Of a stretch of 59,688 nucleotides of DNA, positions 54,857 to 59,688 are shown piece by piece. The notes under the pieces are model-generated. The model was not told the DNA's origin and did not search any database. It was given only the letters and a program-made list of their open reading frames with translations. Position 1 is the stretch's first letter. Each line of letters starts with the position of its first letter. A program made the translations under genes and the position numbers. Origin of the DNA: a bacterium (GTDB lineage Bacteria > Patescibacteriota > WWE3 > UBA101185 > UBA10185); NCBI GenBank assembly GCA_035358315.1, contig DAOPPB010000001.1, positions 1 through 59,688 on the forward strand, read 5' to 3'.

Positions 54857-57109
54857 CTATATCAACGATCGCATAGTTTCCCTTTTGGTCTCATGTTTTT
54901 CTTTTGATGAGGGATTCGCCCAACTGCTCCATTTACAATCCGGATATCTGCTGCACCCGTAAAACACTTTGTTTTTAGCTTTTTTTACAACAACATCACC
55001 CTCTCCACACTCGGGACATTTCATACCAATTTTCTCCAGATAATTTTTTGTAGTTTTACACTTGGGGTAATTACTGCAGGCTAAAAATTTTCCAAATCTT
55101 CCTTGTTTCAGAACAAAAACACCACCCTCACAATTGGGACATTTCCCATAGTCAACACCTTCATCTTCTTCCAAATTATTATCACCAGATATGGGCCTGG
55201 CATATTTGCACTCCGGGTACCCTGAGCAACTCAAAAATTTTCCGTATCTTCCGAGCTTAAAAACTAAAGGTCTTCCGCATTCCGGACACTTTTCATCACT
55301 GTATCCAAGGTTAGTAACATCTCTCTTGTTCAAAACCTCTTCCTTCTCCTTTAATTCTTTTTCAAAAGGTACATAAAAACTTCTTATTATGTTTACCCAT
55401 TCTTTCTCACCCAAAGCTACCTCATCCAAATTTTGCTCCATCTCAGCAGTAAAACCGTAATCAACAATATCTGGAAAATTCTCAACGAGAAGGTCGTTTA
55501 CAACATAAGCGACATCTTTAGGAACAAAATATCTACCCTCTTTTTCCACATAGCCACGAGCTTGAATCGTACTTATAGTGGGCGCATACGTAGAAGGTCT
55601 TCCGACGCCGAGTTCTTCCATTTTCTTAATTAGAGTGGCGTCGCTATACCTGGGAGGAGGTTGAGTAAAATGTTGCTCGGAAGTAATAGCTTTAAGATTT
55701 AATTTATCGTTCTCCGAAACACGGGGAATAGATGTAAAAACATTTCCTTCATCGTCAGCCCCATCCTGATTATTTCGCGGCATTTTCAAAAATTTTCCAA
55801 CTGCCAACCACCCGTCAAATTTTATTTGAGAACCCACAGTTTTAAACTTGTAACCATTACCGGAAGAAACAGTAACCGTCGTCTGGTCATAAACAGCGGG
55901 ATTCATCTGGCACTCAACCGCACGTTTCCATACCATTGTATAAACTTTCAGCTCATCAGATTTCAGTTTCTTGTTATCCCTTCCCGGTACAAAAAGAACA
56001 CTTGTCGGTCTTATAGCTTCGTGCGCTTCCTGAGCATTTCTTGATCTGGTTTTATAAAAAATAGGATTCTTGGGCAAGTAAGCAGACCCGAATCCTGTTT
56101 GAATAAAATTTCTGGCGGCGGCGACAAAGAATGGAGACAAATTTAAGGAATCCGTTCTATGATAAGTAATATATCCTTGTTCAAATAAACTTTGCGCCGC
56201 CGCCATAGTTCTTTTTGCTGTGAAGCCAAAAACATTTGACATTATCTGCTGTAACGTGGAAGTGCTAAGAGGAGGATAGGGTGTATTTTTTCTTTCAGTT
56301 TTTTTTACTGACGAAACAATAAAAGAATCACTCTTAAGATCCTCTTCTATTATTTTTGCCGATTCTTTATCTGGTATTTTAATTTTCTTATTGTCTTTTT
56401 CTATTAGCTGTGCTTCAAAACTCTCCTCACTAGAAGTGGCGCTAATAGGTTGAAAAAGACCCCCCAATGTCCAGTATTCTTCGGCTTTAAAATCCGATCT
56501 TTCCCTTTCCCGCTCCACAATAAGTCTTACAGCGACGCTCTGAACCCTACCCGCGGATAATCCGTACATTACTTTTTTCCATAATAGCGGAGACAGTTTA
56601 TATCCGACCAATCTGTCCAAAACTCTTCTGGCTTGCTGGGCGTTAACCAGGTTCATATTTATATCACCCAAACTTTTAAACGCTTCTTTCACTGCTTCTT
56701 CGGTCAATTCATGAAATGAAACCCTTCCAAACTTTTTCTCTGTTTTTTTCTTTTTACTGATTTTGTCTCCGTCAGCGTTCTCCCCGTTTTCAGAGGATTT
56801 TTTATTTCCTGTCTGTTGTAATAGGTATTTTAAATGCCATGCTATAGCCTCTCCTTCCCTATCAGGGTCTGTTGCTAAAATTACCTCATCGGCATCTTTG
56901 GATTTCTTTTTCAGAACATTGATGGTTTTTTTAGCTTTCGGCGGAACTACATATTCAGGTTCAAAATCTTTTTCAACATCGACACCTAAACCGCTTTTGG
57001 GAAGGTCCCTGACATGCCCCATAGATGCTTCTATTATGTAATCCTTTTTTGACAGGATTGATGAAAGAGTTTTTGCCTTTGTTGGTGATTCAACAATTAC
57101 CAGCTTCAT
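54857..57109 (-). CDS. topA: DNA topoisomerase I
   Basis: Toprim MKLVIVESPTKAKT, DPDREGEAI, catalytic GYITYHRTDS, and three C-terminal C4 zinc ribbons. Confidence 0.95.
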   Translation of the reverse strand: MKLVIVESPTKAKTLSSILSKKDYIIEASMGHVRDLPKSGLGVDVEKDFEPEYVVPPKAKKTINVLKKKSKDADEVILATDPDREGEAIAWHLKYLLQQTGNKKSSENGENADGDKISKKKKTEKKFGRVSFHELTEEAVKEAFKSLGDINMNLVNAQQARRVLDRLVGYKLSPLLWKKVMYGLSAGRVQSVAVRLIVERERERSDFKAEEYWTLGGLFQPISATSSEESFEAQLIEKDNKKIKIPDKESAKIIEEDLKSDSFIVSSVKKTERKNTPYPPLSTSTLQQIMSNVFGFTAKRTMAAAQSLFEQGYITYHRTDSLNLSPFFVAAARNFIQTGFGSAYLPKNPIFYKTRSRNAQEAHEAIRPTSVLFVPGRDNKKLKSDELKVYTMVWKRAVECQMNPAVYDQTTVTVSSGNGYKFKTVGSQIKFDGWLAVGKFLKMPRNNQDGADDEGNVFTSIPRVSENDKLNLKAITSEQHFTQPPPRYSDATLIKKMEELGVGRPSTYAPTISTIQARGYVEKEGRYFVPKDVAYVVNDLLVENFPDIVDYGFTAEMEQNLDEVALGEKEWVNIIRSFYVPFEKELKEKEEVLNKRDVTNLGYSDEKCPECGRPLVFKLGRYGKFLSCSGYPECKYARPISGDNNLEEDEGVDYGKCPNCEGGVFVLKQGRFGKFLACSNYPKCKTTKNYLEKIGMKCPECGEGDVVVKKAKNKVFYGCSRYPDCKWSSWANPSSKEKHETKRETMRSLI

Positions 57110-57205
57110 AGTAGTCTGATAAATAATACCATGAGGGTGTTTTTGTCAAGGAAAATCCCCGGTAATTAAGTGGTTTAATACGCGAAGTTATGCTAAAATA
57201 CTAGC

Positions 57206-57745
57206 GTGGCAGTAAAAAAAATTTTGACAATACCGGATCCGATACTATTCAAAAAAACACAAAAAGTCGGAAAAATAGATGAAGATATAGAAAACATAGC
57301 TAAAGATCTTATGGATACTGTCAAGATTGCAAAAGACCCCGAAGGAGCAGGCTTAGCTGCGCCACAATTAGGAGTATCCAAAAGGATATGCGTTGTAAGG
57401 AACTTCTTCGAAGATCCCTTAAACTCGGATGATATAAACTCCGACGATATAATTTTGATAAATCCGAAAATAATACAGTACTCCGCCGAAAAAGAAATTG
57501 ATTGGGAAGGGTGCTTAAGTGTTCCTAATGTTTACGGTCTTGTTGAAAGAGCAAGAAAAATAAAGGTTACCGCAAAGGACATCGATGGAGGAATAATAAA
57601 AATAAAAGCTGAAGGATTTTTTGCCAGAACTATCCAGCACGAAATTGATCATCTAGATGGAATACTCTTCACGTCCAAAATAGAAGGAAAACCAATAGAT
57701 CAGGAAGAGTTTGACAAAATGATGGAAGATCAACATACATTATGA
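57206..57745 (+). CDS. def: Peptide deformylase
   Basis: Motifs GAGLAAPQLG, EGCLSVP and HEIDHLDG. GTG start. Confidence 0.93.
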   Translation: MAVKKILTIPDPILFKKTQKVGKIDEDIENIAKDLMDTVKIAKDPEGAGLAAPQLGVSKRICVVRNFFEDPLNSDDINSDDIILINPKIIQYSAEKEIDWEGCLSVPNVYGLVERARKIKVTAKDIDGGIIKIKAEGFFARTIQHEIDHLDGILFTSKIEGKPIDQEEFDKMMEDQHTL

Positions 57746-58695
57746 ATCCCTTCAAAACAACTAAAATAATATTCTTTAGCACTTCAGATAGGTCTTTGCC
57801 AATACTTGAAAGTGTCAAAGATAATTTTAATCTAATATTCTGTGTAACCAAAAAAAATTCCAAAATAGGAAGATACCAAATTGAAAAAGAAACTGAAGTA
57901 AAAAGGTGGTGCAAGAAAAACAAGGTAGATTTTATTGAAGTCAGCTGTTTAAAAGGCGAAGACTTAGAGTATTTATCACAGAGAATAAAAAAAGCGGATC
58001 CTGATTACGGAATAGTTGCCGACTTCGGATTTATAATTCCTCAGCAAGTTATAGAATCCATAAAGGGAGGAATTATAAATGTACATTTCTCTCTCTTGCC
58101 TAAATACCGGGGTGCAAGCCCAGTCCAGAACGCCATATTAAATGGAGATAAGAAAACAGGAGTTACATTTTATCTTCTTGATAAAAACATGGATACCGGC
58201 GATATAATTACGCAAATAGAGTACAAAATTGACTCAAAATATACATCGGACGAACTATATAAAATACTTTTTCAAATCTCAGCGGAAAAACTACCTGAAA
58301 TAATCAAAAAATATTCCGAAGGTAAAATTATTCCTATAAAACAGGACGAAAATTTAGCAACCTATACTATTTCAAAAACCAACCCAAAAAGCACGCTAAT
58401 CAGCAGGGAAGATGCTCTGATAGATTGGAACGAAAATCCTGAAAAAATAGAAAGAGCTATCAGAGCTTTCTACCCCTGGCCGATAGCATGGACATATCTG
58501 AGAGATATGGAGAAAGCCGAAATTTTTCCCGAGAAAGTAGAATTGAAAGACCATATTAACAAAAACCTTAGAGTTAAAATATTCAAATCACACCTTGATG
58601 ACGGAAAATTGAAAATAGATGAGATACAGGTAGAGGGAAAAAACAAAATGAATTGGGAGAGTTTTAAAAATGGCTACCTTAAGAAAACAAACTAA
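57742..58695 (+). CDS. fmt: Methionyl-tRNA formyltransferase
   Basis: HFSLLPKYRGASPVQ, with def-fmt overlap and synteny. Confidence 0.92.
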   Translation: MNPFKTTKIIFFSTSDRSLPILESVKDNFNLIFCVTKKNSKIGRYQIEKETEVKRWCKKNKVDFIEVSCLKGEDLEYLSQRIKKADPDYGIVADFGFIIPQQVIESIKGGIINVHFSLLPKYRGASPVQNAILNGDKKTGVTFYLLDKNMDTGDIITQIEYKIDSKYTSDELYKILFQISAEKLPEIIKKYSEGKIIPIKQDENLATYTISKTNPKSTLISREDALIDWNENPEKIERAIRAFYPWPIAWTYLRDMEKAEIFPEKVELKDHINKNLRVKIFKSHLDDGKLKIDEIQVEGKNKMNWESFKNGYLKKTN

Positions 58696-58741
58696 AAGCT
58701 GGTTGATTATTTCGACGCGTTTCTGGTTTTAGGTAACTTCT

Positions 58742-59008
58742 CTACCTAATTTCTACGGAGGGATTAACCAATTTAGCTTGGTCTTCTCCCAAAATCTTCT
58801 TTAATTCCATATCGTCTTTTTTTAATCTTTTTAAACACGAAGAACAGAGAATTACCTTTACTTTTGAACCATCAATATTAAACCTTTTAACCCTCAAGTT
58901 AACGGAATTTCTCTTTGTAGTTCTTCTGGTGACACGATTTCCTATTCCTCTGGGAACTAATTTCCCTTTTTGATACATTTTTCCGCATATTTGACATCTT
59001 TTCGACAT
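58742..59008 (-). CDS. rpmB: 50S ribosomal protein L28 with C-terminal extension
   Basis: MSKRCQICGK..G..V....N...R....NL. Confidence 0.88.
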   Translation of the reverse strand: MSKRCQICGKMYQKGKLVPRGIGNRVTRRTTKRNSVNLRVKRFNIDGSKVKVILCSSCLKRLKKDDMELKKILGEDQAKLVNPSVEIR

Positions 59009-59060
59009 AGCACTGTGAATTAAACCATACTTGGTGTTTTAAAGTCAATAAAAAACAATA

Positions 59061-59097
59061 AAAAAAGCTGGGGCGAAAGAGAAAACCTCAGCTTTTT
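59061..59097. terminator. Bidirectional rho-independent terminator
   Basis: AGCTGGGG (59066-59073) pairs with CCTCAGCT (59086-59093) with one G-U pair. It is flanked by an A-run and a T-run and lies just downstream of the Cys-rich ORF on the minus strand. Confidence 0.7.
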
Positions 59098-59142
59098 ATC
59101 CGTTTACCAAAATTAACTTTTAATTATTATTTTTAAATTTAT

Positions 59143-59400
59143 TTAACAGTCGAAATCCGGACAGTTTTTTGGAAATCCATCACACTGTCCTAATCGATAC
59201 AAGCAGCATTGAAAAGCATTTGAACAATCGGGACCTTCCTCCTGCATACCAAGTTCTTCTAAAGAACAACAGGAATACCCTTCCGTTCTGTCCTTGTCCA
59301 ATTGCACCTCCTCTGGATGTTTCGACACCCACTGAAGTAGTGCATCTAAGATTATATTTTCTCCCCCAATACTCACCTCTTCTTTCATTTTCGCTTTCAT
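59143..59400 (-). CDS. Small cysteine-rich protein, 85 aa
   Basis: SD GGAGAG 5 nt before the ATG, with its own terminator. There are 8 Cys in the last 43 residues (SCC..DC..QCC..QC..NC..DC). Two overlapping alternative ORFs exist, but only this one has both signals. Confidence 0.5.
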   Translation of the reverse strand: MKAKMKEEVSIGGENIILDALLQWVSKHPEEVQLDKDRTEGYSCCSLEELGMQEEGPDCSNAFQCCLYRLGQCDGFPKNCPDFDC

Positions 59401-59612
59401 TTTGTCTCTCCATTTCTTTAATTTTGGTAAACTTTGCCATAGATGTTATCACTTTAATGAGATTATCTCAATACTCGTATTAAGAAATCTTCGGTGGATA
59501 TGGTTTTACGCACAAAAATAAAGATACAACAACGGAAGTATGTTAAAATTTGAAGGCCCGAAAGCCCAACCATTTGAAAAATTAATATAGTAAAATGTAA
59601 TTAATATTAAAT

Positions 59613-59687
59613 GCCGTCTTAGCTCAATGGCAGAGCAGGCGCTTTGTAAGCGTCAGGTTGTGAGTCCGACTCTCACAGACGGCTCCA
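59613..59687 (+). tRNA. tRNA-Thr (anticodon TGT), CCA encoded
   Basis: GCCGTCT TA GCTC AATGGCA GAGC A GGCGC TTTGTAA GCGTC AGGTT GTGAG TCCGACT CTCAC AGACGGC T CCA. Confidence 0.88.
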
Positions 59688-59688
59688 T

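Noticed and set aside
59143-59400. Double-glycine (GG) leader cleavage site in the Cys-rich peptide (EEVSIGG-ENI)
   Set aside because: The hydrophobic positions do not fit the -4/-7/-12 pattern of double-glycine leaders. A 13-aa leader would be unusually short, and no peptidase-domain ABC transporter is visible.

Overview
This 59.7-kb window looks like a chromosomal segment from a small, low-GC, streamlined bacterium. Its style is Patescibacteria/CPR-like: compact operons, shortened housekeeping proteins (EF-Ts 152 aa, YbeY 102 aa, LspA 104 aa), Lys/Glu/Asn-rich tails and inserts, and no pyrH in rpsB-tsf-frr or ybaB in dnaX-recR. TGA is used as a stop, so the genetic code is standard. Most of the window is core machinery: holB, gyrB, gyrA, rnhB, ruvC, efp, dnaB, hisS, rpmE, prfA, rpsF-ssb-rpsR, ychF, tgt, cysS, recR, dnaX, pth, ybeY, rpsU, rseP, frr, tsf, rpsB, topA, def, fmt and rpmB. 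There are three tRNAs: Leu-CAA, His-GTG and Thr-TGT. I found no rRNA, no CRISPR array, no cas genes and no transposase. The most interesting part is about 7 kb of accessory DNA (34031-41049) between ychF and tgt. It is bracketed by a 68-bp imperfect direct repeat that contains the first 8 codons of ychF, which is an att-like duplication. Its cargo is a P-loop NTPase fused to two tandem Csx3-like (cyclic-oligoadenylate ring-nuclease family) domains, a GC-rich 316-aa protein of unknown function, a 1.1-kb ORF-free stretch carrying a dispersed ~20-bp repeat family and terminator-like hairpins, a TrmB-type regulator with a duplicated palindromic operator, and a 678-684-aa protein with a SAM-methyltransferase core. 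A second unusual locus is a 1.2-kb ORF-free, repeat-dense region (8695-9933) next to a Xer-type tyrosine recombinase; it holds 24-bp-phased TATGACAAT iterons, TAGGG-module inverted repeats and one perfect DnaA box. Smaller oddities are listed in the findings. All functional calls come from motifs read by eye in the supplied translations. No database search, HMM, folding or statistics program was run.
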